Assembly (NCBI GenBank): GCA_951406725.2 | Contig: OX597831.1 | Span: 34,658,001-34,722,000, forward strand | Direction: 5' to 3' | DNA from: Octopus vulgaris | Lineage: Eukaryota | Length of the DNA stretch: 64,000 nucleotides | Part shown: positions 11,301-25,227 of the stretch, one piece after another | Numbering within the stretch: position 1 is the first letter of the stretch | Layout of the letters: each line of letters opens with the position of its first letter | The notes under the pieces: generated by a model | The model's input: the letters and a program-made list of their open reading frames with translations, nothing else | Database searches by the model: none | What the model was told of the DNA's origin: nothing | Position numbers and translations under genes: made by a program

Positions 11301-14300
11301 GAAACAAAACTTTCTATTGTTACATTATTTGATTTGTAATTTGTAAGTTTATTTCATAGAAGTGAATGGAATTTAAAAACTGGACATAGCTTTTTTCTTT
11401 TTCTTCCTTTAAAATGGTTCAGGTATTTGAAAGGAATGGATTTACTGTGGATTCTAACAGTTATAATAAATATAGCAGCAGCAAAAACATAGATGAAATC
11501 AACTGAAGAGAAAAAAGATAATAAAAAGAACTGGCCATGGTAGTTGTGGGTTTAACTAGTAATATAATGACTTAAGGATATGGAAAACAACACACACACA
11601 CACATTTATAACAGGAACATTTGTAAAAACAAACAAAATTGGTCTTATTTTTGTACTTGGTTAAGATATTTTGTGTTCTAATGGCTTTAAAAGAACAGGA
11701 CAGATATAAAACAATAAAACTGCTTCTTCCAACATGTATTCACCAAATTGAAACACTGAATACGTATATGGTCATGAATTAACAAACATAGCAACCAATA
11801 CTCAATAACAAGTCGATGACAACATTATGTTCTTAACTTTAATAATGTGTGCTTGTGTGTGTACATTAACATTTACTAGTGTGACAAGTTATTTCGTTAC
11901 ATTATCTAAGCTTATCTTGCTTTCCTACCATTCAAGGCAAGGCATTTATGTTTGCAGCTAATTTTTTTTTTTTGCATTGCTTGCCAATTTCTTAGCATCC
12001 ATTTTCACACACAATCTTTCATCTTGTATTTATCATAAAACTTTAAAGATAAACTGAAGGCATATCCAGCTGTCACTTGCATGTAAGTATCACTCAATAA
12101 CATGTACCTTGCTTTCACTAATTGTTTAAGGCACCTGTGTAATCAGAAGCAGACAGGCACCCTCTTGAGCCCTGCAGCACTGAACTTGCACCCAGCCAAT
12201 ACTCATTTACAATTGAGTAGCCTAGAGTAATGTGAAAGGAAGCTCTTGTTTGAAGGATACACACAAAGTGAAGTCCAGTCCAAGAATTGAACACCCAACC
12301 TTATGGATGTGAAATTAAACACATTAAGCTTTCACAGGTATACACAGAGAAAGCTTGCACATGTTTGTGGTTTGATGTGGCCTAGGCAGCACTGGCATAA
12401 TACATATCAATTTCTTTCTTTCCTGCTGATAAAAGGTTTATGAACAGATGTTTCGGCGTCATTTTTGCTTTCTTGACTTTTTCTTCTGTGTGTGTGATGT
12501 CCTGTAATTCCTGTTATTTTGTCAGTGCAGTATGCTTATGTTGATAAGTGTTACGGCTGGTCATTTCTGATGTTCATTAAGGGCTGGTATATTCCATTGG
12601 TACATGAATCTGGTATTTGGAATATAATCTAACAAATTGACAACCTGCTAAATATTGTGTTCATTCATATAACATCAAAATGTTGAGTTGATGTTTAAAT
12701 TTAAAACTGTCTAATACAAGTGGTTTTGGGGGCCGGTTAATAAAAGACTAATGGTGACCATGTGCAGGTTTGTATAAAAAATAACCAAGAGTATTAAAAT
12801 GCCCGATTTGAATGGTGATCAAATTATATGTCAAACACCTTATATCTACCTGTTCATCTGTGTACAGCTTTCTCTGAAATCTGAGTCAACCCAAACAAGA
12901 CTATAACTACTCAATAGTAATGTAGTAATTGAGTCTATCACTCACTTAAATGTAGTAGGGAAGAGATCTTTGCTTAATATAACATAGTTTAGGAAATTAA
13001 CCAGAATCTAACACAAGACAAAATAATATACTGCATTGAGGAATAATCCATGAGTATTTTTTCAAGTTTAAAAATGCATGCAGAATTAAAATGTATCAGC
13101 AAAATGTCTTATGTTATTCGAAAAAGAATGTTTTGCCCTAAAAGAGAGTGCTTTGATTTTTTAAATTTTATTGATTTTTATGTATTTTCAGATGATTAAA
13201 ATGGAATGTCAAGTGGACAAAACTGAGCATTTTCGACACCATTTACTTTTTGCATTTAATCGAGGTGTTAACCCCACTGAGCTGCTCGTGAGATTTGTGC
13301 TGTGTACAGAGAAGGAGCAATGCCTCAAAGTACCACCTGATGTTGGTTTCCATGCTTCAAAAATGGGTATTCTGACCTCAAGGATGGATCACACACTGGT
13401 CGACCAATTGAGTTTGATGAACATGAACCTTGCTCATTGAGCAAAGGTCGTTCACCAATTTTTTTATTTTTTATTATCATAATCCATCTGCTCTGCCACT
13501 TCTCTGGTCATTTGACGAGGATTTTTGTGAAGAAGTTAATTCAATCACTCTTCATCAAACTCAATTGGTCGACCAGTGTGTGATCTGTCCTTGAGATCAA
13601 AATTCCCATTATTGTAGTGTGAAAACCAACGGCGGGTGGTATTTTAAGGCATTGCTCTTTCTCCATACACAGCACAAATCTCACAAGCAGCTTTGGTGGG
13701 GGTTAACACCTCGATTAAATGCAAAAAGCAAATGGTGTCGAAAATGCTCAGTTTTGTCCCATTTGACATTCCATTTTAATCATCTGAAAATACACAAAAA
13801 TCAATAAAATTAAAAAATCAAAACACACTATCTTGTAGGGCAAAAAAATTCTCTTTCAAATAACATAAAACATTTTGCCAATGCATTTTATTTCTGCATG
13901 CAGTTTTAAATTGGGGGGGGGGGTGAACGCTCATGAATTATTCCTCAACCCAATATGTAGGCTGACAGGACATATAAAGCTTCATTTATAGCATGACATG
14001 CAACACACAGACACACACATACACACAGAGTGCAATACTGAAAAAGAGACACATTCGTCAAGACATTAGTTTCAGTCAATTTTATAATTAATAAGAATTC
14101 CACTTAATTCAATTTATGCATAATTTAAATTCTTTTTCTTCAAATATTAATTTATTCCTCTTCTGTAAAGATTACTTCTTGTAGTCTTAAAATTCAGCAG
14201 ATCAACTTAATACCATCTAATTTGTTGGAGAAAGTAGTTGAAAATGAATCAGGACATTATAAGTCTTACCTGTAAGTATGGCAAAATTAACATATAGGTA

Positions 14301-17069
14301 GGTGCCCTAACTTACTTGAAAGAGAACTGAGACAACACAATATATTTGTGCTTGGTATGAAATCAGGTAACTATTTAGTGCAGGAGTGTCTTTCTGGTTC
14401 AGAAAACAAATAAAAGCATCGGTCATAATGTTTTAATGATGTGATGACTGCGAGTCACCAAGACCAATTATTACAGATTGCAAAGCCTAACATTTATAGG
14501 AAGTGTGGAAGTTGTCATTGTGTGAAGAGATATGATCCAATGCAGTAGTTAAGCATTAAGACTGCAACAAATTCTAACTGTAGGTTCTCCAGCTGAAACA
14601 GCTTTTATAACCAGCACCTGTTGGAAAACATTTACATCACAACATCCTTGATATATCACCTATAAATTTTAGGCAGAATAAAGACAAGACAAACTCTAAG
14701 AAACTGACACTAACAGCCACCAAGAAGCCTGGAGCCAGTTCTATGTGAACCTATTTGAATGAAGCCCTCTTTCATTAAATAATAAAATTCTAATTTTGGC
14801 ACAAAGCCAGAAATTTTGAGAGGAGGTGCAAATTGATTACAGCAACCAAGGTACTTCACTTTCACTTTAGTTCATGAACCTAAAACAATGAAAGGCAGTG
14901 TTGACCTGGACAGGATTTGAATTCAGAATGTAAAGCACGGCAAGAAATGCAACTGAGCATTGTTTCCCACATGCCAACTTTTCTTCCAGCTTGCCCCCCT
15001 TAACAGTAATTAGTCAACATTAATTTGAAAGACTAGCTTTACATTATACTGATACTTGTGTAATTTTAATAATCGCTCAAGCTTCAAAAAAGAAGAAGTG
15101 AGAAGTTAAGATAATATTTCGCTAAAATTTTATAGAAAACAAACAAGAGTAGTACTCAAAAACTATTCTCAGTTCTCTATTTAAAATTTGAGAGATTCTT
15201 ACAAGTGTGGGGCGTGTGGGGTGGAGGTGGGGATGTGAGAACAAAAAACAATAACTAAAACACAGTTGAGGAAATATATCAGCTTTCAAGAAAAACCCAT
15301 GCAACAAACGGCTGACATTGCCATTATATACTCTTGATTCTTTCACAGCCTGTGAGCTGTGGCCATGCTGAAGCAGTACAAGGTTTACACTTGGATTTAT
15401 TTTTGCTTATGAACAATGCCTATGACTAACTATTGCTGGTCTAGAAACTAAGACATACTCAAACAGACTAGACATTATCTAACCAACACCACAGCCAGAT
15501 TACAAATAGAAATAAGAGACAAGTTTATACTTACCCATAAATAACATTGTGTGCACGTGTGTGTGAGTGCGCGCAAATGTGTGCATGTGTGTTTGTGTTG
15601 AATCTAATCGATTAGTTATTTCCTTTAATGAAGTTTAAGTCACACAAAACGAATCATTCTAAGTAAACACACAAATTAGCACATCCAAATAAATAAGAGG
15701 GGGAGGGGGAACAAGGTGAGAATTCATGATAAAAGGGGAGATAATGTTTGTTTTTTTTTTTCAATATCAAAAAACCAACATCAAAACTAGAAAACTACAC
15801 AGCAAATAAAAAAAAAAACAAACAAACTAAAAAAACTAAATGATGATAATAATGGCGGCTGTTAGTGGACACAAAATTAAAATAAAATAAAAGGCACTCT
15901 TGGCTGTATTTTAAAAAGAATCATGCAATCAAGACAATGGCAATCAATAAATATTAGCAGAGATCTGAATTGAAGACAAAAACTGAAGACATCAACAGAA
16001 AAAAAAAATACAAAAAAAAAATTAAATAAATAAAAACACTCTGAAGAATAATATAATACAAACAAGCAGTAGCGGCAGCAACAACAACAACAACGAAAAC
16101 AACAACTGTAGCTTGAAAACTGATGTTTATGAATTTTAGATTATTTAAAGACAAGAATAGCCAATTTCAGACACTATATAAGCCATATCAACTAAATATA
16201 ACAAGATCACATATTTGATAAAAAAAATATATATATAAAAATAAAAGAACCTTAAAAATACTTCAATTATCTTAGTCATGTATACTACACATACATAAAT
16301 ATATATATATCTTCATATCTTGCTTTTTGTGAACGAGGTTATTGGTTATAGATTTCAAACCCATCAATCACTGGTTTATTGCATTTAGGATGGCGAGAAT
16401 GACAAGGAAGTGTCTGAGCAACTTGGGCGGAACAAAAATACTAGAGGTACTTTTTCTTTACCAGACAGGTTCCCCAGTAATTTGTTCACACACACACACA
16501 TGACAACAATCTTCCACACAGTGTCCATCTAACATACATCACTCACAAGATGTTATCAGCCATTTGATTGTGAAGTGGACACAGCCCCTTTAGCTCAGTC
16601 CACTCTGTTGAAAGCATTCAGAGCAGTGCTTTAACCTGAAGATAACTACACAATTTCCTCCTCATCACCCACCTCGGTCATTGGCCTTCCCACCTTCACT
16701 AAGCAATAAACACACACCCCTAAGCATACTGTAGCAACTGCAAACTTTTTAAAGCTATCATGTCAATACATAATGGTAAAATATCTTCGACAATAATTAT
16801 GACGCTACACAAACATATCTCAATAGAATATAATCTACAGACACTAGAAATAAAAGATATTCAGACAACACCATAAAAAGAAAATATGACCCACAACAGC
16901 TCAGACGATATCTAAAGATATAGCCATAAAGTGTGATATAATACAATAGCTCTAAATATATTCAAAAGTTATCTAGCTGTATTTCCATAAAATAGAACCC
17001 AACAAATATATCCATAAACTTTGACCTACTGCTGAAATAATAATAATAATAATAATAACAATAATGATG

Positions 17070-17112
<43 letters not shown>

Positions 17113-20100
17113 AGATATACACAGCTGCACACACCCACACAAGTTTTATTTTCTATTGAAAACTCTGTATCAAGAAGTTATTGTGAAGTTTTATAAATGT
17201 CTTTTTGAGGTAGAAATGTTGGCAGTTATGATATGTGAGTGTTGAATAGCCAATGGCTTGGATATGAAGAGAGATAACCTGGTAAATACTACAACCATGT
17301 CCAGGCTTCAGAAATTTATTGTATGTGTCATTAGTGGGGGTCAGACTTCTAGCCAAAGCGGTAACAGTTTGTATATTCTTATTGTAACTGAGCTGTGACC
17401 ACAGGGGCAATGATTATGGTGGTGGTGGTGGTGGTGGGGACTAAAAACATGCATAGATCATGTTTATCTAGTTGTAAATAGTTACTATGAACACATGTAA
17501 CAAACTGTGTCCAACAAGCATACCTCCAACAACCACCTCTAACATCACTGATTACAATGTGAAACAGAAGTAGCACATTGGCATGGGATGGAGTGGACAC
17601 TTTCCATACGTGGGTTTGCTACAGTAGAAGGTATATATTTTTGTGTAATAAAGGTGGTCAGTAAGGCTACTGTACAGCATCGCCCAAACCCACAGTATCC
17701 CATGGAGCAGAGAACAGAACAAATTGTAAGTGCATAAACACTTGTGAGAGGGCAATGTATTCGACCAAGAAAAAAAATGTTTTTGGGATTTTTAAAAATT
17801 CATGAGGTCTACAACTAATATTAAATTACAGATTTTTTGGTCTTAGGGTTTTTTTCCTCCTTTCTTTGACATGGGTATTTAGAAAATTTCTCCAATAAGT
17901 GGTTCCAAATTCTATAATTTCACTTTTATCTACTTAGTCTAAATCTTCATCATTTTCTATGAACATATCTTCCTTTCTCCTTTGTTATTTTTCTCAATAT
18001 CTCATATTTCATTTATATCTTAAGCAAGTTCAACAAACTTTAGATATGTCTAAAGCTTGTCTCCCTTCAACAGAGTTCTACTTCTGCCAAAGGAGACTGA
18101 CAACACATTTAAGCAAAGTTCAAATCTATGGCTGTAAACAGGGCTCTGAGTGAAGAGCTACAAATTTTAAGCAAATAAATACAAGAGTCTAAGGAAAGTG
18201 GTGCTGGCCTACATTGGCATAAACCACCGAATAAATATATTCACAAATATAAATAAATAACTTGTGTGTTTTTCAAGCAAAGCCCTTCTTCAGTGAGAGA
18301 AATTAAAAAAAATTTTTTTAATAGCCCTCGGCAAATAAGCTTAGGGAATAAAAAATAGGGGGGATAAGAAAGACTAAGGGAAAGCGGTCTAACAAGTGAA
18401 AAGGAGCATTAGTAGACAGCCAAAAGATATGTTGCTCTTGCTCATTGGCAAAAACCATTTCTATGACCCAGTAATTACATCAGCAAACTCTTGGACATTA
18501 CAATCTCAAGTTCCAGGATTTACAGGGCTGGTTACCCAGTTTCCATGTGTATAAGTGACAGAAATCACAACATTCTCATGAACAGGATGCCAGACTGTCA
18601 AAGGGTTACTCACTGGAAGCAGTGTGGACTAGAGTAACATGAAATGAAGTGTTTTCAATCAAGAAAACACAACACATCTCAGTCTGAGATTGATTTTGTG
18701 ATCTTGAGTGCAACAGCTTAACCATTAGGCCACATGCCACTGATTATTCCAACCTAGATTTTTTAGCAACCAAATCATAAACACAGATCGTGTATTATCT
18801 TAAATTAGAATTCACTAAACAATTCTCAACAGATATTTAAACTGATGTTCTGCTAATCATAAGAATATTGGAGCCATTAGCTTTACTCAGACAAAACTAA
18901 CTCAGGATTTGGCTGTTTGCTTTTCCTCATCCAACTCTCATTTTCCTTTTGTTTTACAACTATTTCTTTGTGCTAACACGGTTGGGTAATTTTGGCAAAA
19001 ATTCATACATTTAAATATTGTTAGTTCAGCATCTGGAGCCAGCCAGACAAATTGAAACAGAGGAGTTGATTTAATAGTTTTTTAAGCAATCAACTATAAT
19101 TATTCTCTACTTCTGAAGCAATAAGGCACTGATGGTGTAAATGATTATTAATGAAACCAGCTGTCAAATGTAATTACCCATAATACCACAAAGATCTCTC
19201 ATCCAAACAGTTTTTAAAGTAATCAGTGTTGTTGTAAAATAGTTTACCTAAACTATTTTGCACTATTTCTTTCTAAGGTATTTACTAATCGTTAATTAAT
19301 TTCAACAAAGATATATAGACATAACTAACCAAATAGGGTATTAAGACCAGCCTATGATAATATTCTTCAATATAAATGCTTAGATTTATTATTTTTATTA
19401 GCAATACTATCACTCATTTGCCCTTTTGCTACTTTATTAGATATCTTTTTTTCTTTTTTTTTTTTAAACCTCTTTAAAACAGAGGTCAAAAGCTAGTCGA
19501 CAAAGAAACTATTCTGTAAACAATGATAAGGACAGGTTCTTACACTTTACAGAAGACCTTAAAACTTTAAGAGTCTCTTTGTACTTCTTACATTGAATAA
19601 AACTCCAATGGTTATAGCTCTTAGAATTTATTTCCTAACCACAGTTGATGTTAATAACTAAAGGTATTATTTATTGACAAAAACTACTAGCTTTTTATTA
19701 TCCATTTCTGCAAGCTATGACCTGTCTTCTTCACTATGAAAAAGTTTGAAGTAAATCCAATAGCTTTTACAGATGTGTACGTGTTAAACTGGAAACCAGA
19801 CTTCAAGATACATTTCTTAAAACTTAGTCATTAAACAAATATTCTTGTTTACTAGAGATTAATAAATAAAATATCTAATGTAAAGATTGTCAAATACTTT
19901 GAATTTCTTTTATATTTTGTTTCGTAAGAACCTAAGCAAGTTAGCAGACTGACCCCATTCAGAGATTAAATAATTAGGAAAATATCTCCTAAGACCAGCT
20001 CTTGTTGTAAACCAATTGTACATATAAAATTTCTACTGAATTAAAATAAAAGGAACAATTGCACAAAGATATCAAAATATTAGTCCAAACACAGGACACT

Positions 20101-21759
20101 GAGCTTTGGAAATAGAGAACCTGTAGTGGGATCAGCAAATATACCAAGACTCACTCCAAAATGTGTGGAGTAGAAACTGACCAGAGGTGGCAAGTTGGCA
20201 GAAACGTTAGCATGCCAGGCGAAATGCTTATCGGTATTTTGTCTGCCATTACGTTCTGAGTTCAAATTCCACCGAGATTGACTTTGCTTTTCATCCTTTT
20301 GGGATCAATAAATAAAGTACCAGTTATGCACTGGGATTGATGTAATCGACTTAATCCCTTTGTCTGTCCCCTCTATGTTTAGGCCTTGTGGGCAATAAAG
20401 AAATAAGAAACTGACCAAAGCCTTGAGTGGATTTAGGAGAGGGGGACTGAAACAATCCAGCTTGTATAATGTGTGTGTCCGGTCACTGGCATGCAAGAAG
20501 AGTCTGTTTCCAATCTTCTATGAGAACGTGTCAGGTCATGGGGAAATATTACCTTGCTTGAAAACAGGTGAGAGTTGGGAGTAGGAAGGGCATCCAGCTA
20601 TAGAAAATTACACACTCCTACCAAATTCTGTCTGACCCATGCAAGCATGGGAAAGTGAACGTTAATAAAGATGATCCCAGCTGTCTGTCATCATACAGAT
20701 TTAGGCACACATGCACTGACATAAAAACATATACAAGAATAGCAGACAGCTCTGCTAATAGTGTGTGTGTGTGTATTTATTCATTTATTTGTCTTGTGCT
20801 AGAGACAGAAATGCGGCTTGATGGTTAAAAAGTTTGCTTTGTAATCATGATATTGCAAGTTCGATCCCACTTTATATCACCATGAGCAAGTATTGGTTTG
20901 ATTGAAACCAAGAGAGTGAAAGGCAGCAGACAGCAATTGCATGGTTGCTCTTTCATTGGACGGTACATGTGATTCAAAGTACCAACCTTGTTAATTACAA
21001 TGTCACACTGATTCTGCTGGGGGATACGTTGAGGGTACAATGCATATGTGAAATAATCAGTCCCTTACACTATAGTACAATGAGAAGATAGCAGTTCCTT
21101 TAAGGTAACAGGTGGAACACTTGGAAACCAACATAAGATCTATCATCACCATTCTCATCACTGTGTCGAAGACACTAAAGAAAAAAATATATGTCTAACT
21201 TCATGTACTAGCAAATACAGCAACTATTTTGAGAATGGAAAGAAGATATTTTCCAAGCTACCAGCTCTAAACAGATTATATATATATATATATACTCACA
21301 CATATGTACATCTTCAAAACCCATGCCAGCCTGGAAAATGGGCAAAAGAAGGATGATGATGATATACTCTTTACTCTTTTACTTGTTTCAGTCATTTGAC
21401 TGCGGCCATGCTGGAGCACCGCCTTTAATCGAGCAACTCGACTTATTCTTTGTAAGCCCAGTACTTATTCTATCTGTCTCTTTTTGCTGAACCGCTAAGT
21501 GACGGGAACATAAACACACCAGCATCGGTTGTCAAGCAATGCTAGGGGGGCAAACACAGACACACAAACATACATATATATATATATATACATATATACG
21601 ACGGGCTTCTTTCAGTTTCCGTCTACCAAATCCACTCACAAGGCTTTGGTCGGCCCGAGGCTATAGTAGAAGACACTTGCCCAAGGTGCCACGCAGTGGG
21701 ACTGAACCCGGAACCATGTGGTTGGTAAACAAGCTACTTACCACACAGCCACTCCTGCG

Positions 21760-21804
<45 letters not shown>

Positions 21805-23079
21805 CATACTGGCATGGATTGACTAGTTTGACAGGGTCTGGTGAGTTACAGGGCTGCAGTGAACTCCAGTGTATGCTCTGGCATGGTTTATCATGGTTTC
21901 TAAAGCTGGATGCTCTTCCCAATACCACCCAAGTGTGTGTTGAGTGTTCTTGTTTTTTTCTTTTTTTCTCTTTTCATAGCTACAAAGTTCTAATAACTCT
22001 GACATATTGGTGACCAACTTTTACTGATTAACCACATGTGTGTAGGTTTGGCTATCTCAGAAGAAAATTTAGTGAAGAAGGGCTGCTGACAGGTGGATTA
22101 CTCATGAAAGCAAATTTGACTACAATGATGAAAATGGTCACAGCAACTATAGTTGAAATAAAATAATTTTGTATTACAAGAGACTACACAGTAAATTTTT
22201 TTTTATTATCAGCATTATTATTATTATCATTATTATTCTCCATCTTTCTAAATCGACTCTAAATGCACATATACACAGACATAAACACAAAAGAAGTAAA
22301 ACTACCAGAATATGTAATCACAGATGAAAGATACAAGAATAAGACAGAATAAATAGAACAGTTAAATAATAAAAAACAGCAATGTCTTAGAAATACAGAT
22401 GTTACGAAAAACATAACGGAGACATTTTTTTTTTCTCCATTTCATAAAGTAACGGTTTCCTGGAAAAGCTTTCTGCATCAAAACAATATACAGTGAATCC
22501 AGAGACTTCACCACAACATACAAGAAGCATATTAATAATGATGATGATAATAATAATAATAATAAATATAGACATAAAATATTGACACTGAGAGTGCTTC
22601 TGTATGTTTTTCTTTCTCTTTTTTTTATAACACATTTACAAAGTCCATAGATGACTTTGGTTGCAAGAAAAACACAAACACACACAAAAAAAACACCCCC
22701 CCCCACATGGTTGCTAGTTATAGACTAAACTGATTACAATGAAGAATGCGTGCACACAAACAAACACGCAGCTGCACAAACAAATGCACACACACACACA
22801 CAAGCACGCACGCACACAAATCAAGAAATAGCAGGCATATGTACATCAAGAAGCATGCAAACTCTTGATCAATAAGCAGTGTTATATAACACACATGCAT
22901 AAAATTTGCTACAACATCCAAAGCTGATGTAAAACAACACCACATACATGTATGTATATATATGTACATACATACATGTGTGTGTGTTTGTTATTTGTGT
23001 GCAAATGGTGTATATATATAGGTGCATGTGTGTGTGTGTGTGTATATACATATATATATAAATATATACATATGAAATA

Positions 23080-23111
<32 letters not shown>

Positions 23112-23170
23112 AATATATATATATATATATACATATAAAATAAATATATATATATATATATACATATAAA

Positions 23171-23223
<53 letters not shown>

Positions 23224-23547
23224 TGTGTGAATGACAATGTATATGTATGTTAAAGCAAGAGCAGTTTTGGAAAAAAAATTTTGAAGAAAACTATATAGAG
23301 TTTAAAGAGAGAGACAAAGAGAAAAAAAAAACACGAAGCAATGCATTTTGCCAATAAGTGAAAGAAAGGAAGAAGGGAATAAACAATATAGATAAGATCT
23401 AAGCATACCACGTTATCCTGACAGGAGGAGGCCAAGAGGAGAGAAAGGAGAAATGAAGATTAAAAAATAAGTTTTTCCGTTATTTTTTTGGATACAAAGA
23501 AGTTAATTTATTTTCAAAAATTCTCAAACATGACAACTAAAACACAA

Positions 23548-23593
<46 letters not shown>

Positions 23594-23919
23594 ACACATA
23601 CATACATACACACATAGCAAACAAGTACATACAGTCGAGAAAAATGCACAGGAAAACACAATCACACGTATATAAGTGAAGACACGCATCTTTTTGAAAT
23701 ATTCAGATGAAATTTTAAGAAATTTGAAAAACAAAATTCACAAAATTCAAACAAACAAGAGGAAAAAAAAGGAGAGACACAAAAAAAGTATACAAAAAAA
23801 AACACAAAAGAGAAAAACATGGCTACAAGACATCAAATGGCTTCAAAAGAATTCATATTGCTCTTTTTGACATGAGACTAGGTATTAAAAATATATGTAA
23901 ATAAAATATACACAAGCTG

Positions 23920-23977
<58 letters not shown>

Positions 23978-25185
23978 GGAAAAGGAGTTTCTCTGTTCTA
24001 GATTGAAACGGCAATTCATCAAACAAGATACACAAAAGATGAGGAAGGATGGGATAAAAAAAAAAAGAAACAAAATGCACACTGAAAACAAACCTGAGCT
24101 GTGATCACCTATAACAGCAACAAAATCATGAAATTAAGTGGATATATAGATATATACATGAATGTATATAGACACATACTATATATTTTACATACCCACC
24201 CCACACACACATAGTATATATTATGTATACTCCGAAACAGAGAACTTGTAACTGAAACGTCTTTTTGTTTTGTCTTTCACACGTACAATTAGTTTCACAA
24301 ATGCTTTAAATTACAAATTTCTATATATGATTAATGTACAATGCGCTGTATGCTTGTAAGCTGTACGTTTAATGTCGAAAGACGCATAGGGAAATGTTTC
24401 TAGCCGTTTGGATGACGGCGATACAGCATGGCTGACTGGACACTGAACCTGTTTTAGCGACGGTACTTTTTAACACGGGAGGCACACACACAAACACACA
24501 AGTGTGAAGAAATATATATATATATATAGAGAGAGAGAGACTTTAGAATTTATTAACTGAGCATGATTGACAAACACTTTCTCTCTCCCCATTCACGTGA
24601 AGAGAATATGCTCACACACATTAAACAAAGAAGGAAAGAAAAGAAGTGAGTGAGAGCAACAACAAGTCAGTGTTGAATTGGTACCAAAACTGACTGCCAA
24701 AATATCTTGTACCTGTTTATAAGGATTGTGTAGAAAATGACTGTATTAAGAGTACAGGCATGCACTAGTACACACACACACACGGGTACTCATATGTAAT
24801 TGTCTTTAAAGTTGAGACTCCCTTTCATAACCACTCAGAACTTTGTGTCACTCCTTATGAAGAGAGCTGAACCGTGTTGATAAGTAGTAATGTGAAACTA
24901 AATAGCAGAATAAAGAAACCACAAGTTAATGTAAATATAATAAACTCCACTTGAAATATTAGGTAATTCTCTAATTATGTAAGGGTGTGTGTGTGTGTGT
25001 GGATTTTAATGGCCACTTGCTTTGTTTACTCATATTCAAGCTTCTTCCAAGTTAACACTTCACTCTTAGTAACTCAAGTTACTACAGTTCCTCTGCACGC
25101 AGAGATTATGCAACTGTATCTGTATACAACTACGTGCACACATGTACTCGTATACCAACATCCAACTTCTTCAAAGCAAACACAG

Positions 25186-25227
<42 letters not shown>

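Noticed and set aside
13171-13440. 89-aa ORF with mariner N-terminus as an active transposase gene
   Set aside because: Frameshifted, contains stops in the true frame and lacks the catalytic domain.
15535-15603. 69-nt open segment before a strong TGG|gtaagt donor
   Set aside because: No polypyrimidine tract, and the body is decayed (CA)n.
15898-15903. 6-nt microexon CCAAGA (PR) after a good acceptor with upstream TGCATG
   Set aside because: Donor gtgcct is too far from consensus to call, though worth including in a junction search.
23833-23877. Acceptor followed by [14 protein letters not shown]-stop
   Set aside because: No good donor or clear poly(A) context; such matches are expected by chance.
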